Shown here: piece by piece, positions 41,377 to 50,203 of the stretch
Layout of the letters: each line of letters begins with the position of its first letter
How positions within the stretch are numbered: the stretch's first letter is position 1
NCBI GenBank assembly: GCA_045645645.1
Contig: JAZRJE010000017.1
Location: 3,707-67,706, forward strand
From: Candidatus Enterousia sp.
GTDB lineage: Bacteria > Pseudomonadota > Alphaproteobacteria > Rs-D84
DNA: 64,000 nt
Direction of reading: 5' to 3'
Translations under genes and position numbers: made by a program
The notes under the pieces: model-generated
What the model was told of the DNA's origin: nothing
What the model saw: only the letters and a program-made list of their open reading frames with translations
Database searches by the model: none

Positions 41377-42189
41377 TTATTCGTTGCCCCACAGGGCGGC
41401 ATCAACAATGGACATGACACGTTCTAACATAGCTTGTATTTGGCTATCTGTAGCATGTAGTGTGCCATTTAACTTTGTCATCAGATAATTAGTTTGATTC
41501 ATATAGATTGGTGACATTGCGGGATAATTTACACGCATATATTCAACTAATATATGCCACATTATCAGGTCAATCGGTGGAACAAAATGCGTATTTGATA
41601 TAGTTTCTTGCAGTTTTTCGGTAATATGTTTTAAAAATTCTGCATAATCCAACATTATATCAAATTTTATAAAGGTTCCTGCCATACCTATATTAGGTGC
41701 CTTTAAAAAATTATCGGCATTATCAATTGTATAGTCCTGAGCATTTTCCATCAAACGTAAAATGTCTAATAGATTTGACGAAATAACTACGCTATTCCCC
41801 ATGATTGCAAATGTGCTATCGGCAATATCAATTACTTTGGTGTTCAATATAATGTCGTCATCATTAGCAAACATAATCCATTTGCTTGAAATTTTGTGCG
41901 TTTTTATGTGTTCGATTGCGGCAATTCGTGTCTGTAAAAGTCCTAAATTATCAGGGTTGTTTATTATAATTAATTTTCCATGATATCCCAGCTTGCGAAC
42001 ATGCTTTTTTGTAAGCTTTTTACATGGATTATCGTTATGTATGATCAGCAATGTCTTTTTGTTTATGCCACGTAACCCTGAAACTGACAGCTTCAAGAAT
42101 TCGTGATGAAACGTGGTTAAACAAACTATCAAATCATACTTATGACGCATCATAAAATGAATTGTAAATAAAAGTTTATAAAATTGCAA
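41377..42189 (-). CDS. hypothetical protein, possibly a GT-A fold glycosyltransferase
   Basis: AT-rich 270-aa ORF with a DxD-like motif (FANDDDIIL) and an upstream LLIIHNDNP segment; the assignment is weak. Confidence 0.35.
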   Translation of the reverse strand: MQFYKLLFTIHFMMRHKYDLIVCLTTFHHEFLKLSVSGLRGINKKTLLIIHNDNPCKKLTKKHVRKLGYHGKLIIINNPDNLGLLQTRIAAIEHIKTHKISSKWIMFANDDDIILNTKVIDIADSTFAIMGNSVVISSNLLDILRLMENAQDYTIDNADNFLKAPNIGMAGTFIKFDIMLDYAEFLKHITEKLQETISNTHFVPPIDLIMWHILVEYMRVNYPAMSPIYMNQTNYLMTKLNGTLHATDSQIQAMLERVMSIVDAALWGNE

Positions 42190-42237
42190 TGTATTAGTAT
42201 TTTATGCTATAATATAACGTGGATACAGGGGGAAGTA

Positions 42238-42717
42238 ATGCAAAAAAGAATGGTTACAGCGATTTGTTTGTTAACTGCAATCATAATTATCTCTTCATTC
42301 GGATTGCAGCTTGCGCCAGTCGACACTGTGTCTCAGGTTCCCGAAGCTGTATCTGCGAATGTTTTGTATATTTGTCCTGTTGCCAGCTCTATATGGGATC
42401 CGATTGCTGCAGGATTTAGTCAGTTTTCAAGGTTTTTTAAAGTGTTATTAGCAGGTTGTTTAATTGTGCTGTCTTTTTCTTGGGGTTGGGCTTTATATCA
42501 AAACCTGTTAAAGGATAAATTTGATGGTGACAAATATAAGCAGCCATGGGGATTGACCAAGTTGTTGTTTTGGGCTGCGGTTATAATATTTATGATGATG
42601 ATGACACCAAACTATTTTAGAACAGTTCATGTCCAAGGGATTGATGCTCCATACGTATTGTGTGAGGTTGGTGAAACTGGCGCGCGCGCTGTCCGTGCAG
42701 ACGTAATTAGGTATTAG
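42238..42717 (+). CDS. hypothetical membrane protein
   Basis: AGGGGGAAGTAATG RBS and start; signal/TM at the N-terminus, two further TM helices; divergent from the preceding gene. Confidence 0.4.
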   Translation: MQKRMVTAICLLTAIIIISSFGLQLAPVDTVSQVPEAVSANVLYICPVASSIWDPIAAGFSQFSRFFKVLLAGCLIVLSFSWGWALYQNLLKDKFDGDKYKQPWGLTKLLFWAAVIIFMMMMTPNYFRTVHVQGIDAPYVLCEVGETGARAVRADVIRY

Positions 42718-42761
42718 AATTAAAAAAAAAGCACTTTTTTTCGACTTTTTTAAATATGGGC

Positions 42762-42790
42762 TTGACATAAAGTGCGGATTTCTCTAGGAT
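42762..42790 (+). promoter_or_regulatory. sigma70-like promoter (TTGACA-N17-TAGGAT) upstream of hupB
   Basis: Consensus -35 hexamer, 17-bp spacer, TAnnnT -10; gives a ~150-nt leader containing a 13-bp perfect inverted repeat. Confidence 0.45.
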
Positions 42791-42944
42791 TTGATTAAGC
42801 AGGTCGGGCAATGTCTATATAATTCAAGACTTTGCTGTGGCTAGAATTCAGAAAATCGCACAAAATTGCGTCTTTGGATTCTATAGACATTGCCTATATA
42901 CTGCGGGACACCTTTGTTATAAAAATCTATGAAAGGAGAAACAT

Positions 42945-43217
42945 ATGAACAAAGCTCAATTGATTGAAGCAATCGCAAACGATGTAGATATTACAAAAGC
43001 AGCAGCTGCTGCATGCGTAGATGCGTTCATCAACAACGTAACAAAAGTTCTGAAAAAGAAGGGCGAAGTTCGCTTGGTTGGTTTCGGTACATTTGCAACT
43101 GCAAAACGCAAAGCAACAACAGGTCGCAACCCACAGACAGGCGAAGCTATCAAAATCCCAGCTTCTGTTCAGCCTAAGTTCAAACCAGGTAAAGCATTGA
43201 AAGAAGCTTTGAACTAA
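42945..43217 (+). CDS. hupB: DNA-binding protein HU
   Basis: MNKAQLIEAIA...GFGTF...RNPQTGE...KFKPGKALK: canonical HU/IHF fold signature; 90 aa. Confidence 0.9.
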   Translation: MNKAQLIEAIANDVDITKAAAAACVDAFINNVTKVLKKKGEVRLVGFGTFATAKRKATTGRNPQTGEAIKIPASVQPKFKPGKALKEALN

Positions 43218-43235
43218 ACATTTCGTTTGATAACA

Positions 43236-43262
43236 AAAATCCCCCAATTGGGGGATTTTTGT
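43236..43262 (+). terminator. intrinsic terminator after hupB (ATCCCCC family)
   Basis: aaaaATCCCCCaattGGGGGATttttgtt. Confidence 0.65.
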
Positions 43263-43350
43263 TATGCTTAATAAAACGGGCGTTCCTTTGGCAAAATCAG
43301 TAAGTTCTAAAAAATAACAAATATTCATTTTGCGTTAATAATGCATTCGA

Positions 43351-45978
43351 TTACATAGACACGCCTTCTGGAATTTCTGTATCAGATCCAATAACTGTAT
43401 CACATGTTGCTTTATCTGGAATTTGATATTGTTTATTATCTTGCGTCTTATATCGAACAGGACACACTTGGTTGTCACTTGAAAATATAGCGCGTGTACA
43501 CCATGCAGTTTCATCATTAACTAATTCTGGATCTGGTGCAGCGTATGTGCACAAACTTTCTTCCGCTCCCTTACGTTGTGGCAATACTGCCAGACATTTT
43601 GCGGATTTTCCATTTTTGCTGCGACGCGCCCCATTTTCCCAACAAGAACATGTGCCCCATGATGGTGTGTCAACGGACAGTGTATAATTTCTAGGACACA
43701 TATCTTCATTATATGCGACACCATAATAATATTCTATCAAACTTCCTTCACCGAAATCAAATTGAGCTTTACACAGGTTTGTTGGATCGTAATTTGTGTT
43801 TATGTATTGGCGTTCGACAAACAAGCCCTGAACGTTAGAGCACTGGGTTGTTAAAATATCGATTACCTGATTATATACCTCAGTAGCAACGCCTGTTGGT
43901 CGTAATCTGCGATCGGAAAATTCATGCTCCTTAGCAGAATACATGCCGTACATTTCAGAATATGAGACCCCTTCTTTATTTGGTTTTTTGCCGACTATTG
44001 TACGTTTTTTTCCATCTGCACTAACATCTTCATACACGTACATTCTATCCAGCCCACCAAAAGCAGTTTCTATGATAACTGGGTCATTACAAGATTCGAT
44101 ATTTTTTAATTGTTTTGCACATGTTGAAACGTATCTTACACGTCCACCATTAAGCACAGATTCATTCGTAAAGAATTCAGTATGTTTCGGATCGTATTCA
44201 TCACTTGATTCATTGCTTATGATGTCGTATCTCTCTTTACTGATGACTTCGTATAATGTGAACCAGTCTGGTGCATTTCCAACGTTTGGTGTAAATATAC
44301 CACTGTAGGGATAATAAAAGTTTTCATATCCAGATCCACCAAAACTATCAAAGCACTGTTTTGCAACTGCGCGACATGCTGTTAGTACATCTGTTTCTTG
44401 CCTACGTTCTATATATTGAGATATGATATTGTCGTTAAACATATTATTACACGACTGTACATAGTCTGTACACATAGCGCTATTCAATGCAACACGATCT
44501 GGTTGAATTGACAGACCACTGTCGTCCAACAACTCTTTCATTGCATCAGTCATAGATTTATCGCCATTCATATAGCATGCAGATACAAAATCAAAGCAAC
44601 CTTGTCGTATTTCTGCAACTTTAGATTTTTGAGCATAATATATTGATAACATGGCTTTATCCAGATACTCTGCCCAGACGTCGTCAGCGATTTCAACACA
44701 TTTATCCAATGCATCAGATGCAAATTTCTTTGTTTTATTTTCAAAGTTTTGAACAAATTTTCGATTGTTTATAATTTTAGATAATTTTTGATTAGCAGCT
44801 TCGACACCAGATGAAAAAGTCAGCAATTCTTCCAATTTATAAAAATCGGCCACGCCAGCAATAGGTTTGCCTGTGGTTAAGTCTATGTATTCGCCGTTGT
44901 CCAGACATTTATGATATCCTGCGCCACAAACTTGTTCGCTAAGAATTGCTTTTTCGACGTCGTTCAAACAAGTTGTAAAATCAGAAGAGTTATGCTTTTG
45001 ACGATTCTCGACACGTGCCAAATCCAGCATGGCGCTGCCTTCACGTATTGTAGATTTCATTTGTTTTTGTTTGTTTTCGATTGCTGTTTGAACAGTGTTA
45101 CAGTCTTGTTCGACTGCCATTAAATATGCGGTAACTGCACGTTGTAATGAGGCATTATTACAGTCTGTGCGAACCGCATCACGGCACTGTGGATAAATGG
45201 CATTATACAGGTTTTGTCCATTATAGGTTGCGATTGCTTGTCCTGCATCCATGTTGCCAAACGCATTTGCTGTATCAAAAGACAGATTTATTGAATTTAA
45301 TTCTGTAAATTTTCCCCCAACATTTGTGTCTTTGCCTTTTATAGAATTCATTATGGCTTGCAACAGTGCTTTTGATGCGGATTTGTCATCTGTTAAGGCT
45401 TTTTCACCATCTGATGCCGTTTTCATTGCTGACGCTTGTGCAGCAGTCATGCCGACCACTGTTAAATTTTCATTAAATACAGTCAGCTTATCTCCTGCTT
45501 CATTCAAAACTTTACGTGAATCCATCAAATCAAAAACACGGTTGCTGCAAGAACATCTTCTGTAGTCATCATTTTTTAAACCACAAAATTGATCCATGCA
45601 TGTAAAATAAGAATTTTTGCAGCGCTCATATTCTGCCCCAGTGCGTGTTTGCGTTGTGTCTACTTGTGATGATGCGGAACGTGCGGATACGCGTTGAACA
45701 ACAGGTGTTATTGTTTGCTGGCTGGTGTCCAGTGAAACAGGTGTTTGTCTTGTTGTTGCTGTACGGGCAGGTGCAGTTTTTCTGGCAGTTGTTTTAGAAG
45801 CTCTTGATGAAACGGGGGCTGGATTTTTATTTGTGCGTGCATTAATTGTGCTTACACGTTGACTGGTTTTTGCTGCGGGATTTTTTGCACGCACAGCCAC
45901 ATTACCGTCACGTGTTGCGGCATCAGCCCTGCATATAAACAGCAGGCAATACATAGCAAAAATTGCAATCCTTCTCAT
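43351..45978 (-). CDS. large secreted cysteine-rich protein of unknown function (~876 aa)
   Basis: Start at the internal Met with a signal peptide (MRRIAIFAMYCLLFICRADA). Ser/Thr/Arg-rich low-complexity linker, then >40 Cys spread through the sequence. Confidence 0.55.
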   Translation of the reverse strand: MRRIAIFAMYCLLFICRADAATRDGNVAVRAKNPAAKTSQRVSTINARTNKNPAPVSSRASKTTARKTAPARTATTRQTPVSLDTSQQTITPVVQRVSARSASSQVDTTQTRTGAEYERCKNSYFTCMDQFCGLKNDDYRRCSCSNRVFDLMDSRKVLNEAGDKLTVFNENLTVVGMTAAQASAMKTASDGEKALTDDKSASKALLQAIMNSIKGKDTNVGGKFTELNSINLSFDTANAFGNMDAGQAIATYNGQNLYNAIYPQCRDAVRTDCNNASLQRAVTAYLMAVEQDCNTVQTAIENKQKQMKSTIREGSAMLDLARVENRQKHNSSDFTTCLNDVEKAILSEQVCGAGYHKCLDNGEYIDLTTGKPIAGVADFYKLEELLTFSSGVEAANQKLSKIINNRKFVQNFENKTKKFASDALDKCVEIADDVWAEYLDKAMLSIYYAQKSKVAEIRQGCFDFVSACYMNGDKSMTDAMKELLDDSGLSIQPDRVALNSAMCTDYVQSCNNMFNDNIISQYIERRQETDVLTACRAVAKQCFDSFGGSGYENFYYPYSGIFTPNVGNAPDWFTLYEVISKERYDIISNESSDEYDPKHTEFFTNESVLNGGRVRYVSTCAKQLKNIESCNDPVIIETAFGGLDRMYVYEDVSADGKKRTIVGKKPNKEGVSYSEMYGMYSAKEHEFSDRRLRPTGVATEVYNQVIDILTTQCSNVQGLFVERQYINTNYDPTNLCKAQFDFGEGSLIEYYYGVAYNEDMCPRNYTLSVDTPSWGTCSCWENGARRSKNGKSAKCLAVLPQRKGAEESLCTYAAPDPELVNDETAWCTRAIFSSDNQVCPVRYKTQDNKQYQIPDKATCDTVIGSDTEIPEGVSM

Positions 45979-46120
45979 CTTCTTTGGAATGTTAGCAAAT
46001 TTATAAAAATTAGAGCAAGTGAAATATGCAAGTTTAAATACGATTATTATCTTTTTTATACATATGTTTAATTTTTCTTGTTGCATTGAGCAGATTTTTA
46101 ATATAATATATCAGACACCT

Positions 46121-46207
46121 GCGGATATGGCGGAATTGGTAGACGCGCTAGTTTCAGGTACTAGTGGTGGCGACACCTTGGAAGTTCGAGTCTTCTTATC
46201 CGCACCA
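46121..46207 (+). tRNA. tRNA-Leu (anticodon CAG)
   Basis: GCGGATATGGCGGAATTGGTAGACGCGCTAGTTTCAGGTACTAG...TTCGAGTCTTCTTATCCGCACCA; long variable arm. Confidence 0.85.
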
Positions 46208-46212
46208 TATTT

Positions 46213-46288
46213 GGGGTTGTAGCTCAGCTGATAGAGCGCTACGTTCGCATCGTAGAGGTCGTGGGTTTGAGTCCCATCAGCTCCACCA
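46213..46288 (+). tRNA. tRNA-Ala (anticodon read as CGC)
   Basis: GGGGTTGTAGCTCAGCTGATAGAGCGCTACGTTCGCATCGTAGAGGTCGTGGGTTTGAGTCCCATCAGCTCCACCA; G3:U70 Ala identity pair is present. Confidence 0.75.
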
Positions 46289-46308
46289 GTTTTTGCAGAA
46301 AAGTCTTC

Positions 46309-46395
46309 GGGGATATGGCGGAATGGTAGACGCTGAGGACTTAAAATCCTTTGGTCATTGCGACCGTGTGGGTTCAAGTCCCACTATCCCCACCA
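46309..46395 (+). tRNA. tRNA-Leu (anticodon TAA)
   Basis: GGGGATATGGCGGAATGGTAGACGCTGAGGACTTAAAATCCTT...GGTTCAAGTCCCACTATCCCCACCA. Confidence 0.85.
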
Positions 46396-46451
46396 CTATT
46401 TATCTTTGTGGTTTATGGTGTGTCCAATTCGCCCGTTGGCGTTTTTTTTTA

Positions 46452-46528
46452 GGATGAATAGTTCAGTTGGTTAGAGCATCACGTTCACATCGTGGGGGTC
46501 GCTGGTTCGAGTCCAGTTTCATCCACCA
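46452..46528 (+). tRNA. tRNA-Val (anticodon CAC)
   Basis: GGATGAATAGTTCAGTTGGTTAGAGCATCACGTTCACATCGTGGGGGTCGCTGGTTCGAGTCCAGTTTCATCCACCA. Confidence 0.85.
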
Positions 46529-46535
46529 ATCAAAA

Positions 46536-46562
46536 AAATCCCCGTTCAGGGGATTTTTTAAT
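46536..46562. terminator. bidirectional intrinsic terminator after the tRNA cluster and after comM (ATCCCC family)
   Basis: aaaaaaATCCCCgttcaGGGGATtttttaat. Confidence 0.6.
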
Positions 46563-46565
46563 ATT

Positions 46566-48098
46566 TTAAGATTTTACACCATATTTACCGCGATTAATTG
46601 GACGATATGATAAAGCCTCGGCTAAATCGGGCATTTCAATATTTATACTGCCACGTAAATCAGCAATTGTTCGTGCCAATCGTTTAATTCGATTATAGCC
46701 ACGGGCCGACATACCCATTTTTTCTGCAGCGGTATTTAAAAATATTGTTAATTCATTGTCTAGTGCGGCAACTTGTTCCAGTTCTGGTCCGTCTAGTGTC
46801 GCGTTAATATGTCCTTGTCGGCTGATTTGTCGATTTCGTGCTGCAACAACACGTTTTCTAATCTCTGCACTTGTTTCACGTGACGACATATCATCTTTCT
46901 TCATATCCCATGGGTTTACTGCATCGACGTCGACATGTAAATCTATTCTGTCTAGCAGTGGGCCAGATATTTTGTTTTGATACGCTTCTGCGCAACGTGG
47001 TGCACGTGTGCAAGACATTGCTGCATTTCCCAGATGTCCACATGGGCATGGGTTCATTGCTGCAATCAGCTGAAATCGTGCAGGATACGTAGCATTACGT
47101 TTAGCACGAGATATTAAAATTTTGCCACTTTCCATTGGCTGACGCAAAATTTCTAATGTTGCACGATTAAATTCTGGTAACTCATCCAGAAACAGTACCC
47201 CGTTATGCGCCAATGAAATTTCACCCGGTCTCGCATCAGAACTGCCCCCAGCCAGCGCAACAGGACTGGATGTATGATGAACGCTCCTGAACGGTCTGAC
47301 AGAAACCAAGGAACGATTATTTAGTTGTCCTGCAATGGAATATATCATGGATGTTTCCAAAATTTCTTCGGCAGTCATTTCTGGCATAATTGTTGGCAGG
47401 CGTGACGCCAGCATTGTTTTCCCTGATCCAGGGGGACCGACCATAAGCATTGCATGACCACCTGCAGCGGCGATTTCTAAGGCGCGTTTAGCAGCGGCCT
47501 GACCATGAACGTCGCTCATATCAATATTTGTAATGTGTGATTCTGTTTCGGTACTATGTTGTGTTGTATCTGGTGTTTGTAAAACAGATGTACCATTAAA
47601 GTGATTAATTAGTTCCAATACATGACTTGGTGCTAAAATATCATTGTGGCCAGAAAGTTGAGCTTCTGCTCCTTGGGCTGCGGGACATATCAGTCCCAAA
47701 TTATTTTTTTTCGCCCAGACGCCAGCTGGCAAAACCGCATCCGTTTTAACTATTGCGCCATCTAATCCGACTTCGCCCAGAATCAGATACTGTGATAATT
47801 TGTCTTCTGGCAGAATACCAATCGCACACAGTATCCCACATAAGATAGGCAGGTCAAAATGTGAGCCACTTTTTTCTACGTCTGCTGGTGATAAATTAAC
47901 AGTCAGACGTTTCGGAGGCAGGGACAAGTTTAATGCGGACAGCACATTGCGAATACGTTCAGCAGACTCCTTAACGGCTCTATCTGCTAAACCAATTATA
48001 TTAAATTCTGGTTTTGATAGCCCTGATGCTAATTGTACTTGGACGTCAATGTGTGTTGCATCCAAACCATTAAAAATAATTGAGCTTAAAGATATCAT
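46566..48098 (-). CDS. comM: YifB/ComM family Mg-chelatase-like AAA+ ATPase
   Basis: N-terminal Lon-like domain, AAA+ Walker A (MLMVGPPGSGKTML), C-terminal ChlI-like region; 510 aa. Confidence 0.85.
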   Translation of the reverse strand: MISLSSIIFNGLDATHIDVQVQLASGLSKPEFNIIGLADRAVKESAERIRNVLSALNLSLPPKRLTVNLSPADVEKSGSHFDLPILCGILCAIGILPEDKLSQYLILGEVGLDGAIVKTDAVLPAGVWAKKNNLGLICPAAQGAEAQLSGHNDILAPSHVLELINHFNGTSVLQTPDTTQHSTETESHITNIDMSDVHGQAAAKRALEIAAAGGHAMLMVGPPGSGKTMLASRLPTIMPEMTAEEILETSMIYSIAGQLNNRSLVSVRPFRSVHHTSSPVALAGGSSDARPGEISLAHNGVLFLDELPEFNRATLEILRQPMESGKILISRAKRNATYPARFQLIAAMNPCPCGHLGNAAMSCTRAPRCAEAYQNKISGPLLDRIDLHVDVDAVNPWDMKKDDMSSRETSAEIRKRVVAARNRQISRQGHINATLDGPELEQVAALDNELTIFLNTAAEKMGMSARGYNRIKRLARTIADLRGSINIEMPDLAEALSYRPINRGKYGVKS

Positions 48099-48172
48099 AC
48101 GTGCATATTATAACTTGCGTTAATAGAATTCAAGGTCTAAAATACCCCCGTAAAGATGAAGGATTATTAGAA

Positions 48173-49126
48173 ATGCCAGCAAAAAATAAAAATGTCGCAC
48201 GAGAATGGTTTAATACAATATTTTATGGTGGATTAATTGCAATTATTTTTCGTAGTTTATTGTTAGAACCGTTTAATATTCCATCTGGCTCTATGATACC
48301 AACGTTACATGTTGGTGACCATATTTTTGTTACTAAGTGGTCCTATGGTTATTCTCGGTATTCATTTCCGTTTGGTTCTTGGAAGTTATGGAATGGGCGT
48401 TTTTTTGCATCAGAACCAGAAATTGGTGATGTGGTAGTGTTTCGCAATCCTGTTGATGAAAGTCAAGATTATGTTAAGCGTTTAATTGGTAAACCTGGTG
48501 ATAAAATTCAGATGATGAATGGTCGTTTGCATATAAACGGCGAACAGGTAAAGCGCGAAAATCCACGCCCGTATGTTTGGGCTGTTTTGCCCAAAGAACC
48601 AAAGCGTGGTGAATACGAAAACGGTAATTTTGAAATCAGCGGCAACAAAATATTTATTGATAATATGCCTGCAGATTTTAATTATACTATTCAGTACAGT
48701 CCAATGTGCAGCAACCAGTATAAGCGGGTGGTCAATTTTTACAATGGACCAGGTGCAGATAAACTGCCTGTGTCTGAGGGGAACTGGAAACCGACCGAGG
48801 AACAGTGTGGTATATTTATCATGACTGAGTATACCGAGACACTGCCTAACGGTGTTGTGCACAGTATAATTGAAACGTCTGATAATGAAATGTATTCAGA
48901 TAACACGCCATTATTCACTGTACCCGATAATCATTTCTTTTTTATGGGTGACAATCGTGATAACAGTGGCGACAGCCGTATGCATGTTGGATATGTCCCA
49001 CGTGATAATATTTTAGGTAAAGTATGGTTTACATGGTATTCGCATAATTATTATGCGCCAATGCTGGCATTATGGTCCTGGGGGCAGAAAATGCGCTGGA
49101 ACAGATTTGGAATGGGTATAGACTAA
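48173..49126 (+). CDS. lepB: signal peptidase I
   Basis: Catalytic Ser in PSGSMIPTL, VKRLIG, GDNRDNSGDSR boxes; start at the internal ATG at 48173. Confidence 0.9.
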   Translation: MPAKNKNVAREWFNTIFYGGLIAIIFRSLLLEPFNIPSGSMIPTLHVGDHIFVTKWSYGYSRYSFPFGSWKLWNGRFFASEPEIGDVVVFRNPVDESQDYVKRLIGKPGDKIQMMNGRLHINGEQVKRENPRPYVWAVLPKEPKRGEYENGNFEISGNKIFIDNMPADFNYTIQYSPMCSNQYKRVVNFYNGPGADKLPVSEGNWKPTEEQCGIFIMTEYTETLPNGVVHSIIETSDNEMYSDNTPLFTVPDNHFFFMGDNRDNSGDSRMHVGYVPRDNILGKVWFTWYSHNYYAPMLALWSWGQKMRWNRFGMGID

Positions 49127-49127
49127 A

Positions 49128-49760
49128 ATGAAAGAATTAAATTATAAATTTAAGAATGAAAAATTGTTGGATTTAGCACTAACACAAAGTGGTGCGGATT
49201 CAGAACATAATAATGAACGTCTGGAATTTGTTGGTGATCGGGTGTTGGGTTTGACTGTGGCGATTATGTTGTACGATATGTTTCCATTTGAACCAGAAGG
49301 TGACTTAGCGCGTCGTCATGCCCAGTTAGTTTCAACCAGTACATTGGCAACAATTGCTACAGAAATTGGGCTGGAACAGCGGGTGCGTCATGGTCACATG
49401 ACAGGTGGACGGATTCAGCATGTCTTGGCGGACGCAATGGAAGCTGTTTTAGGCGCTATCTTTATTGATGGTGGTTGGGATGTAGTACGTCAAATAATAG
49501 TTGATTTGTGGACAGATATCGCACGTCAAAATGTGTCTGCACCGAAAGATCCTAAGACAAAGTTACAAGAAATTGTTCAAAAGAACAGTAATGGCAGGTT
49601 GCCTGTATATGAATTTTTAGAACCTACTGGGGCATCACATTGTCCTGTTTTTCGTGTTCGTGTAACTGCGATGGATAAAAGTGCCACAGGCAGCGGTGCC
49701 TCAAAAAAAGCAGCCAGTATTGACGCAGCAGAAAATTTGCTGAAAATTCTTGCAATTTGA
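49128..49760 (+). CDS. rnc: ribonuclease III
   Basis: RNase III signature ERLEFVGDRVLG, C-terminal dsRBD; lepB-rnc adjacency. Confidence 0.9.
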   Translation: MKELNYKFKNEKLLDLALTQSGADSEHNNERLEFVGDRVLGLTVAIMLYDMFPFEPEGDLARRHAQLVSTSTLATIATEIGLEQRVRHGHMTGGRIQHVLADAMEAVLGAIFIDGGWDVVRQIIVDLWTDIARQNVSAPKDPKTKLQEIVQKNSNGRLPVYEFLEPTGASHCPVFRVRVTAMDKSATGSGASKKAASIDAAENLLKILAI

Positions 49761-49807
49761 CAAATAGACCTATAGAATTCATTTTGAAAAAAGATAAAGG
49801 AAAAAAT

Positions 49808-50149
49808 ATGTTTTCAATTTTATTAGTTTTGTTAATAATCGTAGCTGTATTTATGATTGGTTTGATTTTGTTGCAGAAATCCGAAGGTTCTGGTATGTCT
49901 GGTTCATCTGCTGCAGCAATGTTTGGTGGTGCATTGACTGGTGCTGCTGCAGGTAATTTTTTGACACGTGCAACGGCATGGTTGGCCACAATGTTCTTTA
50001 TTTTGTGTGCGGCGTTGGCGTTGGTCGCAGCCAAGACAGATATGGCGACACAACAAAGTCACTTGCGTCAAGAAATATTAGAGCAGGGTGACACACCTGC
50101 GGCGTCTGTTCCTGTGCAACCATCGACAGATGCGCCAGATGCAGAATAG
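49808..50149 (+). CDS. secG: preprotein translocase subunit SecG
   Basis: MFSILLVLLIIVAVFMIGLILLQKSEGSG is the SecG N-terminal helix/Gly-rich signature; start at 49808 after AAAGGAAAAAAT. Confidence 0.8.
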   Translation: MFSILLVLLIIVAVFMIGLILLQKSEGSGMSGSSAAAMFGGALTGAAAGNFLTRATAWLATMFFILCAALALVAAKTDMATQQSHLRQEILEQGDTPAASVPVQPSTDAPDAE

Positions 50150-50162
50150 TTTTTTGATACTA

Positions 50163-50195
50163 AAAAATCCCGCAAAATAGCGGGATTTTATTTTT
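50163..50195. terminator. bidirectional intrinsic terminator between secG (+) and groEL (-)
   Basis: aaaaaATCCCGCaaaataGCGGGATtttatttttg. Confidence 0.65.
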
Positions 50196-50203
50196 GTTTG
50201 TTT

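Noticed and set aside
46111-46457. ORFs 46111..46377 (-) and 46164..46457 (+) spanning the tRNA cluster
   Set aside because: They are entirely explained by four back-to-back tRNA genes.
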